A DNA stretch of 64,000 nt from Cyanobacteriota bacterium (GCA_046045965.1 JBJOKS010000021.1:1-64000), one strand, 5' to 3'. Counted from the stretch's first letter, positions 20,793 through 31,486 are shown. Translations and numbers: made by a program. Notes: a model not told the origin generated them from the sequence alone.

Positions 20793-21644
20793 TCAGAATT
20801 TCCAAAAATCTTGCGGTTTATTACAGTATTCTAAGAATCTTAAACTATCATCTTTCAGTTCATTAATAGCCCAACTTAATGTTCCAGGTTGCCACTCAGG
20901 ATGTCCAGTATTTATATCTTTAAATATGGGCAATAGGTAGGTCTTTAAAGATTTAGGACTCAAAGATTTTAATTGCATTAGTAGTTTGGATTTCCGCACT
21001 ATTCTCATTAATGAGCCATCCATAAATTCTTGGTTAGATTGATTGCGAGGTTGATGAGCATTAGTTAATTTAAACTCTGCATCAACTCCAAGAAATTGAA
21101 AGACTTTTTTCATTTCCAAATCAGGATCTTTGGTAAAGTCCTCGAAAAAGACAATGTGAATTTGTTCATCTGGAAATAACCTTCTATAACGATTGATATG
21201 AGACCAATATCTAGAGGTGTTAATAAACATCGAATGGTTACGCACAGCGGTATCGAAATCTGGCAGATCAGAAGGCCATCCCATAATTGAATGATGCAGC
21301 CAATGAGACTCTATTCTTTTAATAGGATTCCTCACCATATATATCAGCCTGACATGGGGATAAAATGTATATATGGTTTCAGGATCAGCCAACTGTCTAT
21401 AATCAGAACAAGTATAGTTAACTGTTCCTTCGCCTATGGCTTTTTCATCTTTAACATCTGCAAATAAACTGGAGTACCATTCCCAATTACGGTGTTTTTT
21501 GAGGAAAAGAGCTTGACTAAAGAAAAGAGGTTCTTTGGGATTGGTAATAAATACTTCTGGATGTTGTCCGAGTAGTTGGCAAAAGCTAGTTGTTCCGCAT
21601 TTTGGAGAGCCAATAACAATGTAATTTAGATTGGGTTTATCCAT
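20793..21644 (-). CDS. Sulfotransferase family protein
   Basis: IGSPKCGTTS, KEPLFF, GEGTVNY, MVRNPIKRIES. Confidence 0.92.
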   Translation of the reverse strand: MDKPNLNYIVIGSPKCGTTSFCQLLGQHPEVFITNPKEPLFFSQALFLKKHRNWEWYSSLFADVKDEKAIGEGTVNYTCSDYRQLADPETIYTFYPHVRLIYMVRNPIKRIESHWLHHSIMGWPSDLPDFDTAVRNHSMFINTSRYWSHINRYRRLFPDEQIHIVFFEDFTKDPDLEMKKVFQFLGVDAEFKLTNAHQPRNQSNQEFMDGSLMRIVRKSKLLMQLKSLSPKSLKTYLLPIFKDINTGHPEWQPGTLSWAINELKDDSLRFLEYCNKPQDFWKF

Positions 21645-21684
21645 TTGTTTACACCATTAAAAAGTATGTTGTTGAGTATTATAT

Positions 21685-22665
21685 TTAGTGATTTAACCCT
21701 GATTTTATTGAATGAAAAAGAGTGTTAATGATACGGTGACTCCTGATACTAGCCAAAGGAATTTTTACTGTATGGTTACAAAGCGTCTTTATGAAAGAAA
21801 ATACAATATTTATTTCTCTGTTAATGAAAAGATATCTGTATAATAAAAATTTATTGGGTATTGGTTTATTTAGCGAGTAACCAGCCCAGTGTAATAAAAT
21901 TACCTGTTTTTTATGATCTAAACCTCCATAATCCCATAGATAATATTTACCATTTTCTTGATAAATATTCCCTGATTGCCTTGCCCAACCATTTTGACAA
22001 ATCCCTCCTAGCACTTCCGCAATGTTACCATAAATCACAGGCTTCATATCACAGCAATAATTAATAAATGCCTGATCCGTATTTCGAGGATTAAGTTGTT
22101 CACGGATTTTTAATGATTCTGCTGCTAATTTTTCAAATTCTTCAAGAGAGAAAAGTCCTTTGCGCGAAGCCCAACGACCAGAATTAAAGCCTCTTCCTCG
22201 TCCTTGTCTCAATAACTGTTGGCGGAATTCTCCAGGCTCATATACTTGGTTAATAGCACAGTCATAATGTAGGAAGTCAAAACCAAATTTATCAAGGGCT
22301 ATAATTAAAGGTGTGAGATTAGCTAAAATCACTTGGCGAGCATCTAAGTACATGAACTGATCCAATGGTCCCCAAAAAGCAGCATAGCGTCTGAACCAGT
22401 AATGTCCTGTGGGGGTAAGTCCTAATTCAAAGTCTTTACCAATTGCTTCTAACCGGGGAAATGAGGAATCAATATATAATTCAAAGTTATATTTTTCTCT
22501 AAGTTGTAGAAGGCGATCGCACTCCTCATTAAAAGGAATTAAAATCAGCCGTAAATCTGGGTTAAAGGTGCGGAAACTGTTCAGAAAGGCTATTGTCCAA
22601 TCATAAACCTTATCATTTGCTGAAAAGTAAACACCGATATTTTGTTCCTGAGAAATATTAGTCAT
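21685..22665 (-). CDS. Putative GT-A fold sugar transferase (Npun_R2821/R2822-like)
   Basis: GVYFSANDKVYD, FMYLDAR (DxD variant), FNSG, DQAFINY, LLHWAG. Confidence 0.7.
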   Translation of the reverse strand: MTNISQEQNIGVYFSANDKVYDWTIAFLNSFRTFNPDLRLILIPFNEECDRLLQLREKYNFELYIDSSFPRLEAIGKDFELGLTPTGHYWFRRYAAFWGPLDQFMYLDARQVILANLTPLIIALDKFGFDFLHYDCAINQVYEPGEFRQQLLRQGRGRGFNSGRWASRKGLFSLEEFEKLAAESLKIREQLNPRNTDQAFINYCCDMKPVIYGNIAEVLGGICQNGWARQSGNIYQENGKYYLWDYGGLDHKKQVILLHWAGYSLNKPIPNKFLLYRYLFINREINIVFSFIKTLCNHTVKIPLASIRSHRIINTLFHSIKSGLNH

Positions 22666-22684
22666 TTAACTTAGTTATTTAAAA

Positions 22685-23551
22685 TTATCCAACTTTTGCG
22701 CCAGTCCATTTATTTCTAAACTTATGAAGTTCATCTGGGGTATAGAAATGCTGACAATATTTAGAACTATAGATGTCATTGACAAAATCATCAGGAAATT
22801 TGATCCTATCAACCACTTGCTTATTTAAAGCAGCAAATGGTTTTTCCTCTGTAATATTTGCATTAGTTATTTTTTGTATTGGTAACTCAATAAACTTTTG
22901 TAGATTCAGCAAAAGAGTTTCTTGATCCTTAAAATCTTCAAGCCTCAATATGAGTATATCTACATTATTATCATAAATAACTTGTTGTTTATCTGAGTGA
23001 GAAAAGGATTGTTGATAAATATCAATTCCTGTAAAGTCAGCAAATTCGTTATCAAACCACTCTACAGTGTCATAGAATTTCATGCGATTTTGGATGATTA
23101 AATCACAAGCGTCATCAGGAGATATTGTTAATAAGTCTTGCTGTGTTAAACTATACAAATGAGGATTCTGGAAAAACCCAGAAACTTTTTTAGCAATTGG
23201 ATCACGAACAATGCTAATAACTTTAAAATGTTTACCAGGAGTAGACTTTAATTTTTGGATGTGTTGAGCTTTTTTAATACGAGGATAATTTTTGGTTATG
23301 GTAGCATCTGTATTTATTGTTTCCAGCCACTTATTAGATAAGTGGTGAACATGAAAAACATTAGCTACTTTCAACTCTGTTTCCAGGGTTGAATAAATTG
23401 TGCTTGAACCTACTTTACCCATTGTGTAAACTAGGTAAATATTGTCTTTTAAAGACCAATAAAGGTTTGGATAAATTATTCTGTTTATTAGCTTATTAAG
23501 ATTTTGCTTGTTGATTCCGGTTTTTCGCAGAGACATTTTTAGAGAATTCAT
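22685..23551 (-). CDS. Capsular polysaccharide synthesis protein (NKWYS-like, sulfotransferase fold)
   Basis: VYTMGKVGSST, SIVRDPIAKKVSGFFQN, YSSKYCQHFYT...FRNKW. Confidence 0.8.
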   Translation of the reverse strand: MNSLKMSLRKTGINKQNLNKLINRIIYPNLYWSLKDNIYLVYTMGKVGSSTIYSTLETELKVANVFHVHHLSNKWLETINTDATITKNYPRIKKAQHIQKLKSTPGKHFKVISIVRDPIAKKVSGFFQNPHLYSLTQQDLLTISPDDACDLIIQNRMKFYDTVEWFDNEFADFTGIDIYQQSFSHSDKQQVIYDNNVDILILRLEDFKDQETLLLNLQKFIELPIQKITNANITEEKPFAALNKQVVDRIKFPDDFVNDIYSSKYCQHFYTPDELHKFRNKWTGAKVG

Positions 23552-23707
23552 CTTGGTTTTAATATTTAGTGTTGATTAATTTGTCAAAAAAATCTGATTT
23601 TGATATTTCAAATAGTGAAATATTAAAATTTTTATCCCATCATTGTAAGCAAATAAAATTATCAGCTATGTTGAGCTTCTTTTTAGAGAATTATTTTCTA
23701 GGTTGAT

Positions 23708-24676
23708 CTAAATACCGAAAGTATTAACAATCTTACGAAAATTGTAGCTGGCGCGAAAATACAAACATGACCAAACAAACTTTAAGAGATATGAAATGTT
23801 ACATTTTTTGGGTTCTGGGTTAGATGGAAACCAAGAAAACTGTTGAGACAACTGCTCACTATAGTATGTATAAAGGTGGCGCATAGGCACATAATTTTGA
23901 GATGACCAAGGTTTATCTGCTCCTGTATAGTGAATAATTTTAAGATTTTCCATTCGCTTGGTTATTTCTTCATTTTGAGGTAAACCTAGCAATTTTTCTT
24001 TAAAAAGTCGTGCTTCCACATTCCAAACTCCTGGTAGGTGACAATAGTTTTTCCAAAAGACAGCATTTAAAGCATCTTGATCACCAAAATGAAGTTTATT
24101 TGAATACTTATCTGCCCATTTCAGAGTTTCTTCACCATATTGTTTCTCACGCCAATAAACAGTATTTATTAGCATTACCCCACCATTGAAGTAAATATCA
24201 TTGCCCTCGACATCAAAATGCTCGATAAAAAAATCTTGGTAAGGGAATTGGACATGAGGCACTGCGCCAATTGGTTTAGTGCCAAAATCATACTCAAACA
24301 ATTCAGCAATATCTCCTAATATAATCAGGTCACAATCCAAATATATTATTCTTTCACAGCAGTCACACACATCTGCACAGCGGAGACGGGAATAAGTGTT
24401 AAGGCTTAAATGTTGAAGTTCTGGTAAAGAACTAAACACAGCCAAATCAATCGGTATGACCGATACTTGAGCAGCAAATTGAGCGCAAAGTTTTTCAATT
24501 CTTTGAGTATTCTCCAAAGAGAGATCCGGTGACAGGATATAAAAGTGCAACTTGTTTGGACTAGATGTGTTCTCTAATATCGAGAGTATTGTAACAGCAC
24601 AATACCGAGCGTAACGCTCATCAGCAGAGAAAAAAACAGATATTTCATCTAACACTTTATTAACTCCTGTCTGCAC
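23708..24676 (-). CDS. Glycosyltransferase family 8
   Basis: TYSRL, IYLDCDLI, YFNGGVMLIN, DQDALN, IIHYTGADKPW. Confidence 0.93.
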   Translation of the reverse strand: MQTGVNKVLDEISVFFSADERYARYCAVTILSILENTSSPNKLHFYILSPDLSLENTQRIEKLCAQFAAQVSVIPIDLAVFSSLPELQHLSLNTYSRLRCADVCDCCERIIYLDCDLIILGDIAELFEYDFGTKPIGAVPHVQFPYQDFFIEHFDVEGNDIYFNGGVMLINTVYWREKQYGEETLKWADKYSNKLHFGDQDALNAVFWKNYCHLPGVWNVEARLFKEKLLGLPQNEEITKRMENLKIIHYTGADKPWSSQNYVPMRHLYTYYSEQLSQQFSWFPSNPEPKKCNISYLLKFVWSCLYFRASYNFRKIVNTFGI

Positions 24677-24691
24677 TTCAACAGCATCATT

Positions 24692-25345
24692 CTAAAGCAG
24701 CCTAAGTTTGTTTTGAGTACGTTGCAAATAATAATCACAACGCCGGACTAACTTTTCTAAAGACTTGTTATACTTTCCACTTTTATACGCTAGTTTCTGT
24801 AACCATCGAGCTTGGCGTGATTCATTACCACGGGGATATTCTGTTTGCAAAACTGGTACATCTAGAAAATTGCAAAGCTCCTCATAGCCATAGCCTAAAT
24901 TCAAATCCAGAATCAGTAAATTTTCTCGATTTTGAAAATAGTCAAAAACCTCTGTATGAAAAGTATGATAACGCGATTGATAAAGTTCAAAATTAAAATT
25001 ACTTGAACCAAAGAATTCTTGGTTAAAAGCATCATAACTAGATTTCCATTCCCAAATATAACGTCCTTCCCTCAACAACCATTCCATGCTCTTTAACCAT
25101 CCTTCCAATGGTCTGGTAGTTAAAATAAATCCAGAATCAGGACATAACTTGTCTAACTTCTGGTACAGCATAGGTATAGGAGTATCTACAAAACCAGTGT
25201 ATTGGTTAAGTATTGATAAATCATCAGTTTCATAAAGACTGAAGGGGAAATGAACAGAAGTTATATTTAGTTCATTTAAACCAAGATTTAAAGAAGTAGT
25301 TCCTGTCCTTGGTAAACCAATTCCAAAAATTTTATTAAATCGCAT
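24692..25345 (-). CDS. Sulfotransferase family protein (short type)
   Basis: GIGLPRTGTTSL, DTP, FILTTRPLEGWLKS, GYEELCNFL...YPRGN. Confidence 0.88.
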   Translation of the reverse strand: MRFNKIFGIGLPRTGTTSLNLGLNELNITSVHFPFSLYETDDLSILNQYTGFVDTPIPMLYQKLDKLCPDSGFILTTRPLEGWLKSMEWLLREGRYIWEWKSSYDAFNQEFFGSSNFNFELYQSRYHTFHTEVFDYFQNRENLLILDLNLGYGYEELCNFLDVPVLQTEYPRGNESRQARWLQKLAYKSGKYNKSLEKLVRRCDYYLQRTQNKLRLL

Positions 25346-25403
25346 AATTATTAATTTGTAAATGTTTAAATAATCTCAAAAAAATAATATCAATTAACAT
25401 AAT

Positions 25404-26231
25404 TTAATTAACTTTCATTCCAGAAGTACCACGCCATTTTCTAATTTTTAAAATTGCTGCTCCTGGTAAAATAGACTTAATTATTTTCACAATTTGACCC
25501 CAAATTTTACAATGTATCCATTCACTACCATATTGAATTAATCGACGATACAGGGGAACTAAACCCTTGCTCAGTTTCCATCGTTCGCTAATAAATAGCA
25601 TAATATCTCTGGAACTGCTACTATTACAATCAAACACACAAAATAACACATTTTGATTTACAAATTTCTTACCATCTCTATACATCCTTGCCAACAAATC
25701 ATGATCTGCACACCAGATATAACTGGTATCAAAACCATATTCTAGCTGACAAGACAATCTAACTAGAGTAGCTTGGTGTGATGTGGGCATAGAACGCCAA
25801 ATTTCCTTGAGTGGTTTAGGCATTTTTTGGAAACGTCGTATTTCTAAATCATCTACCAAAACTTCTTCTAAACCTGCCAAAATTACATCAGCATCACTAT
25901 TTAAGGTATTAGTCAAAATGCTAAGAGAATTGGCAGCATAAAAATAATCTCCTGCATTCATATATAAAATCCAATCCCCATTTGCCAGATTTGCGCCTTT
26001 ATTCATGGCATCGTAAATACCTCCATCCGGCTCACTGATATATTTATCTATGTGATGGATGTAGTTTTCAATAATTAATTTAGTTCGATCTTGTGAATCT
26101 CCATCTATTACTATATATTCTAAATTAGAATAATTTTGTTTGAGTACACTTTGGATAGTTTTCTCAATTAAGCTCTCAGCATTTCTGACGACTGTCACTA
26201 CAGAAACTTTTGGATAGTATATATTTATCAT
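25404..26231 (-). CDS. Glycosyltransferase family 2
   Basis: VSVVTVVRN, IDGDSQD, SEPDGGIYDAMNKG, MNAGD, HQA, ADHDL. ATG at 26231 preferred; the ORF extends to 26294. Confidence 0.92.
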   Translation of the reverse strand: MINIYYPKVSVVTVVRNAESLIEKTIQSVLKQNYSNLEYIVIDGDSQDRTKLIIENYIHHIDKYISEPDGGIYDAMNKGANLANGDWILYMNAGDYFYAANSLSILTNTLNSDADVILAGLEEVLVDDLEIRRFQKMPKPLKEIWRSMPTSHQATLVRLSCQLEYGFDTSYIWCADHDLLARMYRDGKKFVNQNVLFCVFDCNSSSSRDIMLFISERWKLSKGLVPLYRRLIQYGSEWIHCKIWGQIVKIIKSILPGAAILKIRKWRGTSGMKVN

Positions 26232-26257
26232 TTTTATAGATCCAATATTTATAGATG

Positions 26258-27538
26258 TTATGTATTCAGAGTTGAGTCTTGAAGAGTTTTGCAAGCTTGA
26301 AGAATAACTGATTGAAAGCTTTCTAGAGAATGATCTTCTATAAAAGAAGAATAGCTAGAGTCTTTTACTTGAAAATCAGTATCTATCAAATTTTCAATAG
26401 CCTGTGCTATAGCATTAGGCTCACCTTCAACGGCAATTTTCCAGTTATACTTATTAATAATTTTTTCCATCAAGTATCCTTTGTCAACAATAACTGGTTT
26501 ATGATGTGCCATGGTTTTTGTTAAAATACTGCTGCTAAAAGGATAGGATTTATAATGACAAAATACGATGTCTGATAATTGAATTAGTTCGGAAAATTCT
26601 TCTTCATTTTTGATATAATAATCAATATCTATATAAGAATTATGATTTAGCATTTTCATCCAATCTTCAATCCTATCCATTTCTGGGTCTAATGTAATAG
26701 ATTGGGGAATTTTTATTTTTCCTAACACTAAAACAAAATATTTTTCCGAACTCAATTTAGATACAGATTCTAGAAACAAGGGAAGATTCTTTCTTGGTGT
26801 TAAATTACCTAAAATGGAAATAATCTTTCTCCCTTTAGAATTTTCCTTAATATATAATAATAGTTCAGTATTTATATAGTTATGGTTTTTTACTGTGGGG
26901 TTAATACTAACTAATTCGGGGAGATAAAATGAAGTCAATCCTTTAAATCTTTTGGCTAAGAACCGTTGATAAAGTGGGTGTAAAACTAGAATAGCTTGGC
27001 AAGACGGAAGTAAGAAATTTTTTTCTGCATAAAAGCGTTTTCTACTTTTCTCTCTACCATCTGTTATTGCTAACTGATAAGAAGGTAGGATATGCAAACC
27101 TGCCCATTTCTTGGGTAAAAAAAACCGAGAAATAAATGTGGGAACTGCTGGCATCATGGAATCTGTATGAGGGAAAAATACAGGTATTTCCTCACCTAAA
27201 TTGGCAATCAGCCGTTTGACGATAGTTAAGTTAATTAAAGAACTAAACCGGAGATATGTCATTCCGGGTATTTTAGGGATAAATGTATCAAGGAGCAATA
27301 ATAATCTGCGGATAATTTTATCTGATAAAGTTACATCAATATCTATGACTTGGCAATTTTTTAAATTTTCCCGCTCGATATTCTCTCTCAATGTCTTGTT
27401 ATTACTACAACAGGCATACACAATATCATTGTGATTACTTAAAATGGACAGAATATTCATGAAATAAAATTCACTATGTCCTCCACCTTTTTCTCCTAAA
27501 AGACATAGGTCAACTAAAAGAATTTTTCTTATTTTCAT
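26258..27538 (-). CDS. GT-B fold (family 4-like) glycosyltransferase
   Basis: GGH near the N-terminus, LGNLTPRKNL, SSSILTKTMAHHKPVIV. ATG at 27538 preferred; the ORF extends to 27652. Confidence 0.75.
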   Translation of the reverse strand: MKIRKILLVDLCLLGEKGGGHSEFYFMNILSILSNHNDIVYACCSNNKTLRENIERENLKNCQVIDIDVTLSDKIIRRLLLLLDTFIPKIPGMTYLRFSSLINLTIVKRLIANLGEEIPVFFPHTDSMMPAVPTFISRFFLPKKWAGLHILPSYQLAITDGREKSRKRFYAEKNFLLPSCQAILVLHPLYQRFLAKRFKGLTSFYLPELVSINPTVKNHNYINTELLLYIKENSKGRKIISILGNLTPRKNLPLFLESVSKLSSEKYFVLVLGKIKIPQSITLDPEMDRIEDWMKMLNHNSYIDIDYYIKNEEEFSELIQLSDIVFCHYKSYPFSSSILTKTMAHHKPVIVDKGYLMEKIINKYNWKIAVEGEPNAIAQAIENLIDTDFQVKDSSYSSFIEDHSLESFQSVILQACKTLQDSTLNT

Positions 27539-27686
27539 TGTGTTATATTTAGATTGATTACTTGATCCAAGAATATGCTTAAAGAATAGTATTGCAGATA
27601 CTGTTGAGTGTTTAGGAAGAAAAGATAATGTTTTTTTATGGCGAGCATTCAAACAAGAATTTTCACTCGGTTATTTACATACATAA

Positions 27687-28505
27687 CTAAGAAAAGGCAT
27701 TTTTCTCATACCAGTCTATAAACATTTGAATATTTTCTTGAGCAATCAATGACTGTGCTTCTCGCAATTTTTCTTCAGGCAAATTCCACCATTCTATGTT
27801 TTTTAATTTTTCTATTGCGTCTGGCGGAAACCTAAAACGAATTACTTTAGCTGGTACTCCTCCCACAATTGCGTAATCAGGTACATCCTTTACAACTACT
27901 GCTCCTGCTCCTATAATCGCTCCATTCCCAATCCTTACACCATCTCTGATAAATACTCTTGCCCCTATCCACACATCGTTACCTACTATTACTTGTTTGC
28001 GCTCCTCAAATAAATTTTTATCTGTAAAGCTAGTACCACATTGTTTTAATGTAGAGAAAAATACAGGATGCGTACTGACAAAATTAGTAGGATGTTCTCC
28101 GCGTCCACAAAGTATTTGAGGACCCATGGAGCAGAATCTGCCTATTTTAGCAAGACTAAAAGCACACTCAGCAGAAATATAAGTAAATCTACCAACCGAA
28201 CAATCTATTATTTTAGAACCTCTATAAACTGATACTTGATCTTCTAAATAGGAATTGATAATATGGCAAGAAGTACTAATTGAAGATTTATTTCCTATTT
28301 CAGAATTAACAATACTAGAAGAATCAGAAATTGAAGATTTATTTCCTATTTTTGAATTATAAACAAAAGATTTTCCTATTTTTATTTCTTTACCAAGATT
28401 AGTTTTTTTTAATCTTGAGCCAAAAGAGAAATCAAGAGAATGATCGATGTATTTTATCGATTGATAGGTAAACCAAAAACAAGCTGATAGAATTTTTTTA
28501 ACCAT
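27687..28505 (-). CDS. Hexapeptide-repeat (LbH) O-acetyltransferase, CatB/Vat-like
   Basis: [62 protein letters not shown] at 28505 preferred; the ORF extends to 28580. Confidence 0.9.
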   Translation of the reverse strand: MVKKILSACFWFTYQSIKYIDHSLDFSFGSRLKKTNLGKEIKIGKSFVYNSKIGNKSSISDSSSIVNSEIGNKSSISTSCHIINSYLEDQVSVYRGSKIIDCSVGRFTYISAECAFSLAKIGRFCSMGPQILCGRGEHPTNFVSTHPVFFSTLKQCGTSFTDKNLFEERKQVIVGNDVWIGARVFIRDGVRIGNGAIIGAGAVVVKDVPDYAIVGGVPAKVIRFRFPPDAIEKLKNIEWWNLPEEKLREAQSLIAQENIQMFIDWYEKNAFS

Positions 28506-28679
28506 AAAAAACTTAGATGAACCCTTTGATAAAAAATCAGAAATATTTATTTTAGTCAACAACTGAATCACACATATCACAAAAAGTAGCTATTACTAGG
28601 CAGCCCGAATATTTATTGATTCTTGGCTGACAATGTCTTCTGATGTCTCGTTAACAAACAAGCAAATATCTGTATGTCT

Positions 28680-29516
28680 TTATATATAACCATATCTGTT
28701 TAAGGTATATGCTGCTTCAGACATAAATGTTTCCAATATATCTAATGGCATCTCATCTTTATAACTACCGATTTCACCCCGGCGGACAAAAGATGTACCT
28801 AGTTTCAGCTTTTGCAATGATGGATGTTGCCATCCTTGAGTTTTTTCTTTGTTAGACATTTTTTCAAACGCGGTTTTTTCAGAAACAATTTTTAACATTT
28901 TTTCATCTCTCTCAATTCCTATAAATTCACAAAATCTTTGCAATTCATACACAGTATTTTTTTTCAAATCTTCATATTTAATTGTCATTAACTCAGCTTG
29001 ATAAGGGTTTTCCATCCAAGATTCAACATGAGTATGCCATTTAGATGGAAACAATTTTTCTCCTTTAACTAAATTCATAAAATCTATTGGTTCTGATGAC
29101 AATGCCTGTTTCATTCTCCAATAAGAAACCATCGCATCTCTTCCATCCCTTAGTAAATATACAACCCTTCTGTACTTTTTGTTAGGTAGTTCATGGGATT
29201 TAAAAAACATAGGATTTGCATAACGCTTATAATAGCGTTTTGAATGAACATCTGGTACTAACTCTTGAACGATACTATCATAAGCATATTCAGGATCTAC
29301 TCCGTAAACTAAACCTGTTACAATATTTTGAAACCATGTATTTCCTGATTTTGGATAGCCTACAATAAACACATCTTCAGGCATGAATTCTGTAATCGGA
29401 ACCAAACCTGTTAACTTCGGTATACGTAATTCTATTTCTCGATGAAACCGTTTTCTGACTGGACGTAATAATGGCTTGAACAATGAGTTGTTACTTAATT
29501 TATTTGATAAATTCAT
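28680..29516 (-). CDS. Sulfotransferase (SULT-like domain)
   Basis: DVFIVGYPKSGNTW, FKSH, LLRDGRDAMVSY, KYEDL, FVRRGEIGSYKD. Confidence 0.93.
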   Translation of the reverse strand: MNLSNKLSNNSLFKPLLRPVRKRFHREIELRIPKLTGLVPITEFMPEDVFIVGYPKSGNTWFQNIVTGLVYGVDPEYAYDSIVQELVPDVHSKRYYKRYANPMFFKSHELPNKKYRRVVYLLRDGRDAMVSYWRMKQALSSEPIDFMNLVKGEKLFPSKWHTHVESWMENPYQAELMTIKYEDLKKNTVYELQRFCEFIGIERDEKMLKIVSEKTAFEKMSNKEKTQGWQHPSLQKLKLGTSFVRRGEIGSYKDEMPLDILETFMSEAAYTLNRYGYI

Positions 29517-29568
29517 AGTAATATGATTGGTAATTATTTAGCGAAAAATAGTTGATACTTTCTGATTC

Positions 29569-30852
29569 TTAAGGAATCAAGGAACTATTGAGACTTGTCC
29601 ATTCTAAAGCTGGAAAAATTATCCCCTTTCTCTTGACATTTAAAGACAAAGAATCACCAGAAGTATCTTCTATATTTATCTTGATAAGACTTTCTAACGA
29701 CACAAGATTTTTCACTGAAGGAATACCCGCATTAAAATTAAGTATATACTGACCAGGTTTTAATAATTTCTCTGGGATTTTACATTTAATTACATATTTA
29801 CCTGGTTGACGTGGAGTTTTTAAATTATGGCCATCTGTATCATAAGATTCAAACAAAGTAATTCCATCTGTTGTAGACAATAAAAAACCAACTCTACAAT
29901 ATGGTAAATATTCGTTTATTTGATATTGAATTTCAATAAAAAACTGTTGTCGAAAGTCTATATAAGATGTAACCTCTCCTTGTATATTTTTGATTGATAT
30001 AGATAAAAGTTTAAACTCATCAACTCCTACATTAGCAATGCCATTGTCCGATAAAAATTGACCTTCATGAGCATTTTTCGTGAGATATCGAGAAACTACA
30101 TTTTCTGTGCTTTGATGAACAATTAATTGTCCTTGATCTAACCAAATAGCATCTCCACATAATTGGTTAATTGCACCCATGTTATGGCTAACAAATAATA
30201 CTGTTCTACCTTCACCTTTAGAGACATCCTCCATCTTGCCCAAACACTTCTTCTGAAACTGAGCATCCCCCACCGCCAGCACTTCATCTACAATCAAAAT
30301 CTCTGGTTCCAAATGTGCAGCTACTGCAAACGCCAATCGCACATACATCCCAGAGGAATACCGCTTTACTGGCGTATCTAAAAACTTCTCCACTTCAGCA
30401 AACGCTACAATCTCATCAAACTTGCGTTGAATCTCTACTTTACCCATCCCCAGAATTGCACCATTGAGAAATATATTCTCTCTACCCGTTAACTCTGGAT
30501 GAAACCCCGTACCCACCTCCAATAAACTGGCAACCCTTCCCTTAATTTTGATGCTGCCTGTGGTGGGTTCAGTAATTCGGCTTAAAATTTTCAATAGTGT
30601 TGATTTACCTGCACCATTCCGGCCAATAATCCCAACTCTATCCCCCTGTTTAATGTCAAAAGATACATCTTTCAAAGCCCAGAATTCCTCAAAAGCAGGA
30701 TTTTCAAATTTGGCTTGGGGATTAATGAGATTACCAAAAGACTTAACCTTATTCGCTATCACATCCCGCAGAGCGGTATAGCGTTCCTGCTTTTGGTGGC
30801 CAATAATGTATTTTTTACCCAGATTTTCAACGCGAATAACTGTGTCTGACAT
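29569..30852 (-). CDS. wzt: Polysaccharide ABC transporter ATP-binding protein with C-terminal Wzt_C-like domain
   Basis: GRNGAGKST, YSSGMYVRLAF, ILIVDEVLAVGD, VSH, plus a ~170-aa beta-rich C-terminal extension. ATG at 30852 (MSDTVI) preferred. Confidence 0.93.
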   Translation of the reverse strand: MSDTVIRVENLGKKYIIGHQKQERYTALRDVIANKVKSFGNLINPQAKFENPAFEEFWALKDVSFDIKQGDRVGIIGRNGAGKSTLLKILSRITEPTTGSIKIKGRVASLLEVGTGFHPELTGRENIFLNGAILGMGKVEIQRKFDEIVAFAEVEKFLDTPVKRYSSGMYVRLAFAVAAHLEPEILIVDEVLAVGDAQFQKKCLGKMEDVSKGEGRTVLFVSHNMGAINQLCGDAIWLDQGQLIVHQSTENVVSRYLTKNAHEGQFLSDNGIANVGVDEFKLLSISIKNIQGEVTSYIDFRQQFFIEIQYQINEYLPYCRVGFLLSTTDGITLFESYDTDGHNLKTPRQPGKYVIKCKIPEKLLKPGQYILNFNAGIPSVKNLVSLESLIKINIEDTSGDSLSLNVKRKGIIFPALEWTSLNSSLIP

Positions 30853-30931
30853 AGGTGCTTTGTGGAGAGAAACATTAACCATACTCAAGACTAATGCTTC
30901 TCCGATAACTACAATAATCTAAATGAGCCAA

Positions 30932-31486
30932 TTATAAACAAGCAGAAGCTACCGCTGCATTGCTACACAAAATATCAAACTGTTCTATGACTTTTGCCAC
31001 GCTTTGTTCAATATCTTCTTGATCAGTCAAACATTCAACTTCTGCTTTTAAAGGTGGTTCATAGGGATCATCAATACCTGTGAAAAACTTAATTTCCCCC
31101 TGACGCGCTCGTTTGTACAAGCCTTTAACATCTCGATCTTCGCAAGCTGCGAGGGGAGCATTGACATAAACTTCAATAAAACCATTACCAATTTTTTGAC
31201 GTACTTCTTGCCGCACATCACGATATGGTGAAATAGCAGAAACTAATACTACTACACCATTGCGAGTTAATAATTGAGCAACAAAACCAATTCGTCTAAT
31301 ATTTTCATCTCTATCTGCTCTACTAAACCCTAAATCTCTGGTGAGATTTTGGCGTACTATATCTCCATCTAAAACTTCTACTTTAAGTCCACGCTGACGT
31401 AATGTTTTCGCTACTTCAGTGCTGATAGTTGTTTTGCCAGCACCACTCAATCCTGTAAACCAAATTGTTGCTCCAATATCTGTCAT
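30932..31486 (-). CDS. cysC: Adenylyl-sulfate (APS) kinase
   Basis: WFTGLSGAGKTT, LDGDIVR, LGFSRADRDENIRRIG, SAISPY, RDVKGLY, FTGIDDPYEPP. Confidence 0.96.
   Translation of the reverse strand: MTDIGATIWFTGLSGAGKTTISTEVAKTLRQRGLKVEVLDGDIVRQNLTRDLGFSRADRDENIRRIGFVAQLLTRNGVVVLVSAISPYRDVRQEVRQKIGNGFIEVYVNAPLAACEDRDVKGLYKRARQGEIKFFTGIDDPYEPPLKAEVECLTDQEDIEQSVAKVIEQFDILCSNAAVASACL

Noticed and set aside
27687..28580. Antibiotic resistance gene (catB/vat)
   Set aside because: The LbH acetyltransferase fold is shared with glycan O-acetyltransferases, and the gene sits mid-operon among GTs and sulfotransferases.
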